From Macrostomum lignano (taxonomy: Eukaryota), in the NCBI GenBank assembly GCA_002269645.1, contig NIVC01001237.1, forward strand, positions 310,001 to 374,000: a DNA stretch of 64,000 bases. The letters run 5' to 3'. How positions within the stretch are numbered: position 1 is the stretch's first letter; each line of letters begins with the position of its first letter. Below the pieces are notes generated by a model that saw nothing but the letters and a program-made list of their open reading frames with translations, had not been told where the DNA came from and did no database searches. This document shows, one piece after another, positions 24,956 to 38,011 of this stretch. The translations under genes were made by a program, and so were the position numbers.

Positions 24956-26804
24956 CGGGGAATTAGACACGTTAACTCTCACAGCTTCGATTGAATTGCT
25001 TAATTATCATTTATTTTGTGCCAGGCCTAATTTAATAAAACAAACTTGCTCGCAAGTTCAAACAGAAAAAATGCATTACTTATGAAACTATATTATTATG
25101 ATTGTTACTTTCACATGGTTTAATTATTATTTATATAGTAAAATTATTGAAATAATTTGATTTGCTGTTGCCTCATACTTTGAATTTGTTTCACTTTCAC
25201 ACCCCGTATTGGCTCCCAATGCAGTCGCGGCCAGGTAAATTTGTATTTTTTAATCTATTATCCATACACGCGAACAGTGTCTATATTAGTTTTTTTAATT
25301 TGTTTATCTTTCATTTGCAATCGTCGCTTTCCAAGAGGCAACACATTTTCTCTGGCTAAATAATACAGAGAAGTGTAGATAATAGTGTGTGAAATTTGCT
25401 CAGTCATTTAAATACATAAATTTATTCGTTTTTTTGCCTCGAAATCTTTTTCTCCCCAACAGCAGCTCCGAGATCCTTGTCCTCGTTCCTACGCGCTTTC
25501 GAGACTGTCTGACACAAAACAATACCATTTAATTTGTTTAATTTCATCCTAAATGTTGCAATTTATTCGACTTAATAAATCAATTATAGGAGGATTTTCG
25601 CTTTGCGCTACTGTCAGCGTCAGTGTGCGTGTTTCTTTAAGAATTATTGAATTTCGATACGGTGACCACAGATACTAGAATAACTGGGATGGGCCACTCA
25701 GGCATAAATACTTAGTAAAACAGCTTTCTACTCTCAGTTCAGTAGCAAAAGAATACATAAGCTGTTTTATAAAAATAGAGTCAGCTGAAATGACTTTAAT
25801 AAGTTTAGAAGTCCCAAGCTTGCAGGCGTAAACAACTTGCTAATTGGTTCAGCAGTAATGTACATTAGCCAGTCCACTGAAATGTACATGGTAGCTTTAG
25901 ACTGGAATTCCGAGACAGGCAATAAAATTGGGGTGGGGCGGGGGGTAGTGGGAAAGGCGCGGTTAGAGGGTTTAAGTGAAGGGAAGAGCCAATAAACTAA
26001 CCTTGGCTTTAAAATACATTAAAATGCTTCAGTTTAACCTACTACTGAACTGAAAGTAGCCTACACGCAAATGTGCTCAATGGCCTATCTAGTTATTCTA
26101 GTATCTGTGCGGTTAGGTAAATATCTTCTATAGTTTATTATATGTAGTTTTATCATTTATATTTACTAGAAATGTCTTATGATTAAATTACATATGAATT
26201 ATGATATCGTACTGCACGTAGAAGCATTTCTTGATGTATGCAGTTTTAGCAGTTTAATAAGATAAGAAGTACCAGTTAAGTCTTCATTTCTGTGCCTGTG
26301 ATTCTCTCTCTGTACTTAGCTGCTAATTTTTGTGCGATGTCTCCAAATCTAAACGGATAAAGAAATAAACTCACTTTTATTGTTTGTATTACTAGAAGTA
26401 GTTTCGCTATTAAGCAGGTCTTTATATAAAAAGAAAAATGTAAAGCAGCTCTTTTGATGTCACATTAATTTATTGAAATATAATTATTTTTCTTGGTAAT
26501 TGTCTCAAATATTTCTTCCTAACTGCATTATAATAATGCCCTTAGTGCGCATATTGACTATATTTTATTAGTATATTATATATTTTTGTGCATCATTGTA
26601 AACTGACAAATTATCAAAACGATATAATAGTAGTAAACTTGTCCCATGTACTTCATTTACTATCAGAAAAGCCGACTCTGCTTTGAAGCTGTATTTATGC
26701 ATAAAATACAAGTGGTCTTTGTTCTTATTTTCATTATTTGTCTTTACATATAATGTGCATGGTTTGATTTTTTCAAGCAGCATTTCCTGATCGTATTTGT
26801 CTCA

Positions 26805-28073
26805 GTAATCAGCCAATAATCTCACCTGTATCTGTCTCAATTATCAGCCAATAATCTCACCTGTATCTGTCTCAATTATCAGCCAATTATCTCACCTGTA
26901 TCTGTCTCAATTATCTCACCTGTATCTGTCTAAATTATCAGCCAATTATCTCACCTGTATCTGTCTCAATTATCAGCCAATTATCTCACCTGTATCCGTC
27001 TCAATTATCAGCCAATTATCTCACCTGTATCTGTCTCAATTATCAGCCAATTATCTCACCTGTATCTGTCTCAATTATCTCACCTGTATCTGTCTCAATT
27101 ATCAGCCAATTATCTCACCTGTATCTGCCTCAATTATCAGCCAATTATCTCACCTGTATCTGTCTCAATTATCTCACCTGTATCTGTCTCAACTATCAGT
27201 CAATTATCTCACCTGTATCTGTCTCAATTATCAGCCACTTATCTCACCTGTATCTGTCTCAGTTATCAGCCAATTATCTCACCTGTATCTGTCTCAATTA
27301 TCTCACCTGTATCTGTCTCAATTATCAGCCAATTATCTCACCTGTATCTGTCTCAATTATCAGTCAATTATCTCACCTGTATCTGTCTCAATTATCAGCC
27401 ACTTATCTCACCTGTATCCGTCTCAGTTATCAGCCAATTATCTCACCTGTATCTGTCTCAATTATCAGCCACTTATCTCACCTGTATCTGTCTCAATTAT
27501 CAGCCACTTATCTCACCTGTATCTGTCTCAATTATCAGCCAATTATCTCACCTGTATCTGTCTCAATTATCAGCCACTTATCTCACCTGTATCTGTCTCA
27601 ATTATCAGCCAATTATCTCACCTGTATCTGTCTCAGTTATCAGCCAATTATCTCACCTGTATCTGTCTCAATTATCTCACCTGTATCTGTCTCAATTATC
27701 AGCCAATTATCTCACCTGTATCTGTCAATTATCTCACCTGTATCTGTCTCAATTATCAGTCAATTATCTCACCTGTATCTGTCTCAATTATCAGCCACTT
27801 ATCTCACCTGTATCTGTCTCAATTATCAGCCAATTATCTCACCTGTATCTGTCTCAATTATCAGCCAATTATCTCACCTGTATCTGTCAATTATCTCACC
27901 TGTATCTGTCTCAATTATCAGTCAATTATCTCACCTGTATCTGTCTCAATTATCAGCCACTTATCTCACCTGTATCTGTCTCAATTATCAGCCAATTATC
28001 TCACCTGTATCTGTCTCAATTATCAGCCAATTATCTCACCTGTATCTGTCTCAATTATCAGCCAATTATCTCG
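26805..28073. repeat. 35-bp minisatellite with 24-bp deletion variants
   Basis: ATCTCACCTGTATCTGTCTCAATTATCAGCCAATT, with some units lacking ATCAGCCAATT. Confidence 0.97.
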
Positions 28074-28216
28074 CCTATTTCTTGCCTATTTTGGTACTTT
28101 TTGTAAAATTCAGTAATAGATTATTTTTTGCCTATAAGTCTACGGTTAGCTGCAGGAGTCTGCTTCTAGTAGCGTATTTAGCAGTTAACAACAAATTCGT
28201 CCTTCTCAGCTTGTCG

Positions 28217-28518
28217 ATGTCCTACGGCAGCATCGGTGGCAGCAGCGGCAGCGCCGGCTTCAGCCAACAGGAAGACGATCGCAAATTGGCACAATTGATT
28301 GACAGGTGCACTTATAATGTTCAAAAATTGGACAACAACGTGAAAGACTTGGAACGCCTGTGCGCCCAGCTCAACGCCGGCCGGCCTAGCAACGTTGTGT
28401 CAATCACCTCGGCTATTAGCGACAAGCAGAGCGGCACCAATGCTCTGATCTCCGCGTCTGCCGATCTGTTGCAGCAGCTCAGCTCGCTCAGAACTGATAA
28501 CAGCATGCTCAACACTAG
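28217..28518 (+). CDS. Syntaxin-7/12-like Qa-SNARE, coding exon 1 (Habc region)
   Basis: MSYGSIGG..LAQLIDRCTYNVQKLDNNVKDLERL; donor AG|GTAG, phase 2. The four exons join to 789 nt (262 aa plus stop). Confidence 0.85.
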
Positions 28519-28619
28519 GTAGCTTGGTTTGAGGGCCGGTGTATAGACTATGTTACTAGCATAAACACAAAGTACAAACTAAAACGTGCGCAGACAGAGC
28601 CAGGCACAGGCAGATGAGC

Positions 28620-28754
28620 AACAGACACCAAAACAGACAAAAAGACAGACAGACTGGCAGACAGACAGACACTAAGACAGACAGACACAAAGACAGACAG
28701 ACAGACAGACAGACAGACACCAAGACAGACAGATAGACAGACAGACAGACTGGC

Positions 28755-28786
<32 letters not shown>

Positions 28787-28850
28787 TGGCAGACAGACAG
28801 ACAGACAGACTGGCAGACAGACTGGCAGACAGACAGACAGACAGACTGGC

Positions 28851-28886
<36 letters not shown>

Positions 28887-28926
28887 TGACTGGCAGACAG
28901 ACAGACAGACACACAGACTGACTGGC

Positions 28927-28958
<32 letters not shown>

Positions 28959-28962
28959 TGGC

Positions 28963-29006
<44 letters not shown>

Positions 29007-29052
29007 TGGCAGACAGACTGGCAGACAGACAGACAGACTGGCAGACAGACAC

Positions 29053-29106
<54 letters not shown>

Positions 29107-29108
29107 TG
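28620..29108. repeat. (AGAC)n microsatellite (syntaxin intron 1)
   Basis: Direct reading, with TGGC interruptions. Confidence 0.97.
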
Positions 29109-29145
29109 CAGACTCTAAACACACAGATCACTCCCACTGCCACAG

Positions 29146-29447
29146 GCGTACCAGACTGCTAGAGCAGTACAAGGCATCCGTGGCCAAGTACAAGCGGGTG
29201 CAAGAGACGGCAATGCGCAGGGTGCACGATCTGGTACAGCTGCAGCAGGAGCAGCAGCAGCAGCAGCAAGATGAAGCGGCAGACCAGATGTCCGGCCTAG
29301 CCCGCCAAGACCAGCTGCAGGCCAACGCCGAGCTGTTGAACATGCAGAATCAGGAGCAGCGGATGCGCGAGATGCTTGGCGACATACAGAATATCGAGGA
29401 GATGTTCAAGGAGCTGTCTAGCATGGTCTACGATCAGGGAATCATGT
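29146..29447 (+). CDS. Syntaxin-like, exon 2 (Hc and start of SNARE motif)
   Basis: CACAG|G acceptor; QEQRMREMLGDIQNIEEMFKELSSMVYDQG (Qa-SNARE with central Q); donor T|GTGAG. Confidence 0.92.
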
Positions 29448-29789
29448 GTGAGCTCAAACTGCTTAATTTACTGTTTCGAATCGAAGTTTGAAAACAATTC
29501 TGCGAAAATTAGCATTTGCGTTCCGTATAAGCAGCGGGAAAAACCAGCTAAAACTAAAGCTGAAATCCGGAAAATTTCCTCCGACAAATCTCGCATTTTG
29601 TCGTTATTCATGTACTCGTAGTTAGGAAGTCATATTGTGCTCATTTTACTGTCTCTGGTGTGTCTCTAAATCGCGCTTCCTCTGTGTGCCCTCTGTTTCG
29701 CTCCACTCACTCACCGTGTGTTGCTCGCTTTTCTATCTGGTCATGTCTCTCAACCTATACATCTTCCCTCACTCTCACGCAACTCTCCC

Positions 29790-30060
29790 CTGTTCTCTCT
29801 CCCCTTCTCTCCCTCTCCCCTTCTCTCCCTCTCTCCCCTTCTCTCCCTCTCTCCCCTTCTCTCCCTCTCTCCCCTTCTCTCCCTCTCTCCCCTTCTCTAC
29901 CCTTCTCTCCCTTCTCTCCCTCTCCCCTTCTCTCCCTCTCCCCTTCTCTCCCCTTCTCTCCCCTTCTCTTCCCTTCTCTCCCTCCCTTCTCTTTTCTCCC
30001 TCCCTTCTCTTTTCTCCCTCTTTCCCCTCCGTATCTCATCTATTTCTCTCTATTCTTTTC
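29790..30060. repeat. CT-rich tandem repeat (syntaxin intron 2)
   Basis: CCCTTCTCTCCCTCTCTC-type units. Confidence 0.9.
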
Positions 30061-30229
30061 TCCTATCACTCTGTCACTCCTGTTTTCCTTCCCCGCCTCT
30101 CCTCGCGGTCTTTATCTCTTCATTGCATCTCCCATCCTCTCCCTCTCTCCATTCTCACCATTACATGAAGACGCTAGCCTCTTTTAAACCCCGTCTCTTT
30201 AATCCAATCAACCGCTCGACCCTGCACAG

Positions 30230-30315
30230 GCGACGATATTGCGCAGAATGTGGCTTCGGCTGCCGACAACGCAGAGGAGGGCAGGGACCAGCTGCGGCAG
30301 GCGGTGGTGTACAAG
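30230..30315 (+). CDS. Syntaxin-like, exon 3 (end of SNARE motif)
   Basis: CDDIAQNVASAADNAEEGRDQLRQAVVYK; CACAG| and AAG|GTGGG boundaries in frame. Confidence 0.9.
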
Positions 30316-30417
30316 GTGGGATATTCTCAGTTTTTGTGAACTTTTTACGTACATGTAGCTTCTTATCTCCTAAATCTAAATTTAAATAATCACCTAAAGT
30401 AATGGGATTTGTCAGTC

Positions 30418-30622
30418 TAAGATCCCCTTGGATGGGATTCGACAGGCTAGAATCCCCTTGGATGGGATTTGACAGGCTAGAATCCCCTTGGATGGGAATT
30501 GACAGGCTAGAATCCCCTTGGATGGGATTTGACAGGCTAGAATTCCCTTGGATGGGATTTGACAGGCTAGAATCCCCTTGGATGGGATTTGGGGGGCTAG
30601 AATCCCCTTGGATGGGATTTGA
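30418..30622. repeat. 30-bp minisatellite x7 (syntaxin intron 3)
   Basis: GGATGGGATTTGACAGGCTAGAATCCCCTT. Confidence 0.97.
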
Positions 30623-30966
30623 CACGCTGAAATCTGTTATGATGTGACCCTAATATATGCAGAAAATCGATTGATTAAGCAGGTCTTTCATCAGACAAGA
30701 AATTGTTTTTTTCATTCTCAATAATTCATTCAATTTACTCTTGTTCCTTGCTGTTTAATTTCGGGTTCGTTTAATCAATTTTAATTGCAATTTCCCTGCT
30801 TCTATCCCAATAGAATTGAAAAATGGGAATTTTGTTTTGGCACCTGGATCATACGTTTAAAGTGTTCCTTTGTCGTTAAAGGTTATTTTTAGCTGCATTT
30901 TGTTGACAATATTTTAGGCCCTTTTAAACATCCTTTGTTCTCGTCTCTATCGTCATGTTCTTTCTG

Positions 30967-33470
30967 TATTGGATAATCCCATGTCCCTCACTATTGGATA
31001 TTTCCATATCCCTCACTATTGGATAATCCCATATCCCTCACTATTGGATAATCACATATCCCTCACTATTGAATAATCCCATGTCCCTCACTATTGGATA
31101 ATCCCACATCCCTCACTATTGGATAATCCCATATCCATCACTATTGGATAATCCCATATCTCTCACTATTGGATAATCCCATATCCCTCACTATTGGATA
31201 ATCACATATCTCTCACTATTGGATAATCCCATATCCCTCACTATTGGATAATCCCACATCCCTCACTATTGGATAATCCCACATCCCTCACTATTGGATA
31301 ATCCCACATCCCTCACTATTGGATAATCCCATATCTCTCACTATTGAATAATCCCATATCCCTCACTATTGGATAATCCCATATCCCTCACTATTGGATA
31401 ATCCCATATCCCTCACTATTGGATAATCCCACATCCCTCACTATTGGATAATCCCACATCCCTCACTATTGGATAATCCCACATCCCTCACTATTGGATA
31501 ATCCCACATCCCTCACTATTGGATAATCCCACATCCCTCACTATTGGATAATCCCACATCCCTCACTATTGGGTAATCCCACATCCCTCACTATTGGATA
31601 ATCCCACATCCCTCACTATTGGATAATCCCACATCCCTCACTATTGGATAATCCCATATCCCTCACTATTGGATAATCCCACATCCCTCACTATTGGATA
31701 ATCCCACATCCCTCACTATTGGGTAATCCCACATCCCTCACTATTGGATAATCCCATATCCTTCACTATTGGATAATCCCATATCCCTTACTATTGGATA
31801 ATCCCATATCCCTCACTATTGGATAATCCCATATCCCTTACTATTGGATAATCCCATATCCCTTACTATTGGATAATCCCATATCCCTTACTATTGGATA
31901 ATCCCATATCTCTTGTAGTACTTAGAGTTGTCTCGGGGTTGTCTCGAAGTGGCCGGGTAGGTCTTTGAATCCCACCGCTGCCACCAGTGAAGTACTTGTG
32001 CGTCTCCTGCTGTCTAGCACAGTGATTTGGGCTCTCCGTCTTCTCACTCGGAAGCCTTCTCAATTCTCAGTAGCGTAGGTAGTGCTGCCACCAGTTCCTT
32101 CAGGTCTCGGCCTTCGATGAGGTGAGCTTCCCGTCGGAACGAAATAACGAAGTCAACGAACACAGCACCGGGAGCAGATTTGCAGCTCAATGTAACAGGC
32201 GTCTCGTTAGCAGTACCTGCCGGGCTTGGTTAGTGCAGGGAGAGCGGTGTTAGTCTCTCTTAGGCAAGGGTTGACTTTAGTGGGATCACAGTCAGACCAA
32301 TAGGAGAGAACTCACTGAACGCAGGCACTTAGAAAACGGGTGACTCAAACTTAGACTCGGAAGTTCGAAACTAAGAACTAGAAACTAGAGACTCCTTGAC
32401 GGAAACAAGGGGGAGGGGGTCCTATTTATAGCGCGGGATTCACCCCTGGTCCATTGCACAATATCTCGTGACTCGTTCTATTTTTAGAACTGACGTCACT
32501 CAAAGCCTCCGGGCAGAGTCCCAATGCGCGCAAGACCTCGTGACTCGTTCTATTCTTAGAACTGACGTTACTTGGGGTCTTCAGGCAGAGTGCACGCGGC
32601 TGTGACTCAGTTGCTATTTTTAGCAACATGAATCACTCCTCTCCTTAGAGAAGGGAGGGGGCCGTAAGCACGTGACTCTCCCGGTAAACAGGACCAGCGA
32701 GTGCAGTAAAAATGTTTACTGCACTTTAAGACTCCAAGAAAACAAGGCCTGTCATGTGACTGGCTCACATGACAGGGAAACAGAGACTGACGAAACAAGG
32801 ACAGCCCACAGCAGAGAAGCTGAGGGCTGAGAAACGAAGGGCAACACGGGCAGAAGGAGGGAAGGGAGTAGCAACAGACAGCCAAAAGAAGGGAGGCGGG
32901 AAGCTGATCAGCGGCAGACAGCAACCCAGGGCGAGGGCGAGGGCAAGGGCAACTGCTGACAAAGTGCGACGCCTAACATTAACTAGCGGATCACTGCACT
33001 CTCACTATTGGATAATCCCATATCTCTCACTATTGGATAATACCATATCCCTCACTATTGGATAATCCCATATCTCTCACTATTGGATAATCCCATATCC
33101 CTCACTATTGGATAATCCCATATCCCTCACTATTGGATAATCCCACATCCCTCACTATTGGATAATCCCACATCCCTCACTATTGGATAATCCCATATCC
33201 CTCACTATTGGATAATCCCATATCCCTTACTATTGGATAATCCCATATCCCTCACTATTGGATAATCCCATATCTCTCACTATTGGATAATCACATATCC
33301 ATCACTATTGGATAATCCCATATCCCTCACTATTGGATAATCCCATATCTCTCACTATTGGATAATCCCATATCTCTCACTATTGGATAATCACATATCC
33401 ATCACTATTGGATAATCCCACATCCCTCACTATTGGATAATCCCACATCCCTCACTATTGGATAATAATC
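30967..33470. repeat. 25-bp minisatellite split by an LTR insertion (syntaxin intron 3)
   Basis: CTATTGGATAATCCCATATCCCTCA, continuing in register on both sides of 31914-32998. Confidence 0.97.
31914..32998 (-). mobile_element. Solo LTR (1085 bp), probably Ty3/gypsy-type
   Basis: TGTAGT...ACTGCA termini (TG..CA, 5/6 inverted). 4-bp TSD CTCT at 31910-13 and 32999-33002. TATAAATAG on minus at 32422-32430, duplicated ~30-bp motifs at ~32466 and ~32538, and TGACGTCA at 32491. Confidence 0.85.
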
Positions 33471-33488
33471 CCACTAAAAACACTTCAG

Positions 33489-33587
33489 CGCAAGGCCCGC
33501 AAGAAGTGCATCATTTTAATCATCGTTGGCATTGTTGTGGCGGGAATCCTGGCCCTGATCATCTATCTGTCAGTACGCGGCCATTAG
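33489..33587 (+). CDS. Syntaxin-like, exon 4 (C-terminal transmembrane anchor)
   Basis: TTCAG|RKARKKCIILIIVGIVVAGILALIIYLSVRGH*; AATAAA at 33611. Confidence 0.92.
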   Translation, partial: RKARKKCIILIIVGIVVAGILALIIYLSVRGH

Positions 33588-34009
33588 ACTCGAGTTCGAC
33601 GCCAATCCGAAATAAATAGATTGATAGAACTTTTATTTTTACCTGTAATTACAGCAAATACTCCACAATTTGCGATCACGCTACTGCCTAAAATAAGATT
33701 AACTTTGTTAAAAGCTTTCTCGACCCATCACTAAAATTGTCTGACTCACTTTCTGAATTGATTTCTCCTCTTCCATTTCATATCCAGGCCAATTAATGTT
33801 TGCTTATGTATAGCTCTTTTGTAACTTCAGTAAACCAAGTTTCTATCTGGTTTGGACAATTGATGACTTTTTTAATGTTGTGTTCAAATCTCACATACGT
33901 TATTGGCTTTGTATTGTAATTAAAATGTAATAAACAATCGAAATATTACTTTTTATATTACTGATTACATTTCAGTGCAAGCTACTTTACTTAAAAGTTT
34001 CTGATCTAA

Positions 34010-34350
34010 CTAGTACTTTAGTGTTCTAGTACTTCAGTATTCTATTTTTAGTACTAGTACTTTAGTACTCTAGTACTTTATTTAGTACCCTAGTACTTTA
34101 GTACTCTAGTGTTTTCGTACTCTAGTACTTTAGTACTCTAGCACTTTGGTACTTTATTACTTTAGTACTCTAGTACTTTAGTACTCTAGTACTTTAGTAC
34201 TCTAGTACTTTAGTACTCTAGTACTTTAGTACTCTAGTACTTTAGTACTCTAGCATTTTAGTACTCTAGCACTTTAGTACTCTAGCACTTTAGTACTCTA
34301 GTACTTTAGTACTCTTCTACTTCAGTACTCTTCTACTTCAGTAATCTAGC
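34010..34350. repeat. 16-bp minisatellite (TAGTACTCTAGTACTT)
   Basis: Direct reading. Confidence 0.93.
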
Positions 34351-35061
34351 ACTTAATTCGCATATTAAACAATAAGGAAAAACAATAATTATTGCTGACA
34401 TTTAAATTTAATCTGCACAGCAAGTTTTTGGTGATTTCAGTATTAATTTGTTGTCTATTTGTACTCATACATGCCCTGCTATGTAGATCGCCCAAATTAA
34501 GTAAATACTTTCGTAGCCTATAATCGAAAACTTGCTTCTTGAAAATTATTTTTTGTACGCTCGGGTAAACTTTTCTGTGTACAATTGTACATACAGGAAT
34601 TATTGATTTTTATATCAATAAACTTTTCATATTATAAAGAATAAAAACCGACTGTTGGATATTAATCAATACTTCGCTAGTAATTCCCAAGAAAACTTTA
34701 ATTCATTCAGTTTTATATAATTGTTGCGGTCGCTTTCGGAGTTTATTGATTGCTTTTAAATACACCAGACACAAGATGCAAGAGACTTGAAAGATCTCTA
34801 CAGCCATGTTTTTACTCAAGAATTGTACGATATGAAAAAAGTACTTCCTAAGCTTTTTGTTCTGTATGCTGTGCGCCTTAGTGATTGATTGATTTATGAG
34901 TGCCTGTCTGAGCAGCTTAACCTGCTGCTCATTCCAGCCTCAGAGCAGCTCGCCTGATGGATGGCTCTGAAATTTGTCTCAACTTTATAAGTTTTTACTT
35001 TTCTAAGCTCAGATAGGCATCCTCGCTTCCTGTTTTGATTTTTTAATGCATCCTAAATCCC

Positions 35062-36388
35062 CATGGATAAGCATCCCATCCCATGTCCCTATGGATAAGC
35101 ATCCCATGTCCCTATGGATAAGCATCCCTTGTCCCTATGGATAAGCATCCCATGTCCCCATGGATAAACATCCCATGTCCCTATGGATAAGCATCCCATG
35201 TCCCCATGAATAAGCATCCCATATCCCCATGGATAAGCATCCCATGTCCCCATGGATAAACATCCCATGTCCCTATGGATAAGCATCCCATGTCCCCATG
35301 AATAAGCATCCCATATCCCCATGGATAAGCATCCCATGTCCCCATGGATAAACATCCCATGTCCCTATGGATAAGATGGATAAGCATCCCACATCCCCAT
35401 GGATAAGCATCCCATGTCCCTATGGACACGCATCCCATGTACCCATGGATGAGCATCCCATGTACCCATGGATGAGCATCCCATGTCCCTATGGATAAGC
35501 ATCCCATGTACCCATGATGAGCATCCCATGTACCCATGGATGAGCATCCCATGTACCCATGGATGAGCATCCCATGTCCCTATGGATAAGCATCCCATGT
35601 CCCTATGGATAAGCATCCCATGTCCCTATGGATAAGCATCCCATGTCCCTATGGATAAGCATCCCATGTCCCTATGGATAAGCATCCCATGTACCCATGG
35701 ATGAGCAATGAGCATCCCATGTCCCTATGGATAAGCATCCCATGTACCCATGGATGAGCAATGAGCATCCCATGTCCCTATGGATAAGCATCCCATGTCC
35801 CTATGGATAAGCATCCCATGTCCCTATGGATAAGCATCCCATGTCCCTATGGATAAGCATCCCATGTCCCTATGGATAAGCATCCCATGTCCCTATGGAT
35901 AAGCATCCCATGTACCCATGGATGAGCATCCCATGTCCCTATGGATAAGCATCCCATGTCCCTATGGATAAGCATCCCATGTCCCTATGGATAAGCATCC
36001 CATGTCCCTATGGATAAGCATCCCATGTCCCTATGGATAAGCATCCCATGTCCCTATGGATAAGCATCCCATGTACCCATGGATGAGCAATGAGCATCCC
36101 ATGTCCCTATGGATAAGCATCCCATGTCCCTATGGATAAGCATCCCATGTCCCTATGGATAAGCATCCCATGTCCCTATGGATAAGCATCCCATGTACCC
36201 ATGGATGAGCAATGAGCATCCCATGTCCCTATGGATAAGCATCCCATGTACCCATGGATGAGCAATGAGCATCCCATGTCCCTATGGATAAGCATCCCAT
36301 GTACCCATGGATGAGCATCCCGAATTCCCACAGATAAGCATCCCCGATTCCCATGGATAAGCATCCCCGATTCCTATGGATAAACATC
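35062..36388. repeat. 23-bp minisatellite (ATGGATAAGCATCCCATGTCCCT)
   Basis: Period 23 (e.g. 35581/35604). Confidence 0.97.
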
Positions 36389-36687
36389 CCATGGCTCCAT
36401 CGCAAACTCGTCCCACGCAAAGGTCGGGCGCATCAAAGAGAGCTCAGCGATCCGAAAATCTTTTAATTATGAACTCATTTTCTTTTACTTGGAAGAGGCG
36501 CGGAAGAAGCGTGCAGCCACTGGAACGCGGGGCTGCTCTTTGATTAAAAAATCAAGCTGCTTTTAAACCTGCACCTTTTCGTGCTTGCGTCTGCAACTTG
36601 AGCTGCTTGCATTTAGCGGGAACTTGCATGGGAATAAAAGACAAGTCAGGAAAGCAGACAGCATTGGAAAGATGAGATAGCCTTAAG

Positions 36688-37114
36688 TATCGCTGACTAT
36701 TTGAGATTATTCAACCTGAAGTGTCGCTGACTATTTGAGATTATTCAACCTGAATTGTCGCTGACTATTTGAGATTATTCAACCTGAAGTGTCGCTGACT
36801 ATTTGAGATTATTCAACCTGAATTGTCGCTGACTATTTGAGATTATTCAACCTGAAGTGTCGCTGACTATTTGAGATTATTCAACCTGAATTGTCGCTGA
36901 CTATTTGAGATTATTCAACCTGAAGTGTCGCTGACTATTTGAGATTATTCAACCTGAATTGTCGCTGACTATTTGAGATTATTCAACCTGAAGTGTCGCT
37001 GACTATTTGAGATTATTCAACCTGAAATGTCGCTGACTATTTGAGATTATTCAACCTGAATTGTCGCTGACTATTTGAGATTATTCAACCTGAATTGTCG
37101 CTGACTATTTGAGA
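36688..37114. repeat. 34-bp minisatellite, ~12 copies
   Basis: GTCGCTGACTATTTGAGATTATTCAACCTGAA(G/T)T. Confidence 0.97.
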
Positions 37115-38011
37115 TAATCGTTTGTACTTTTCTTGCAATTCATAAAACAATGTTTGCCCTGTATATTTTAATTGCGAAGTGATTCAAGTTGGTATTTTCA
37201 ATTTTCACGAAACAGGAGGAGCCCGCGGGCTCGCTCTGAATTATAGTACAGAAGCACCTGCCCGTCTTTCCCATGGCGGCGGCTGCTCATTGGACGAGGC
37301 TCGCCCAGCCAATGAGAGTTTAGATCGCATCAGTTAAATTGGAAGCGTCAACTGATACAGGATCCTGCTGGCTATCCTGCTTTATCAGGCTCTCTCTACC
37401 GCAAGTGTTGGTACAATTTTAGCCAGAGAGAAGACCTACCTGCCTTATCAGCATCTACGTAAGTTCCTAATCCGTGTTTATGTGCGTTATTCTTCACTTC
37501 CCAGGTCTGACCTTATTGATTGAGTAAAAGCCAAATTTGATTCATTATATGGACTTTACTGTCCGGCCGAGAAAACACCGAGAAATGGCATCCCCTCAAC
37601 TGAAATGGCATCCCCTCAACCGAAATGTCTGCCCTTCAATAAAGTGGCCGAAATCATATTTAATCAACGCTATCAAACGTTTTGCCCAGATCAAAACAAA
37701 CAGACTGGACCTCATAACAAAGTGTCAGTTTAAATTAATGCTCCCCACACGAGGTTTCGCTATGCTGTTTAGTCTCTTTCCTGCCTTCAGCTCAAGTGAA
37801 GTCTTCGATCCGATGAAGCCAACTAAAATTTGCATGTCCTCAAATGATGAGAAGCCCCAAACCTACACGCGATATTGCATTTCATTAGTTTTTGCGAGTT
37901 GCACAATTTATAATTATACATAGAAGATGCACTAAAAGGCCTTACTGGCCTTACAGGCAATGCATGCAGTTGGAGAAGCCAATGCAGTTCTTGTTGACAT
38001 ACTTCTTTGCT

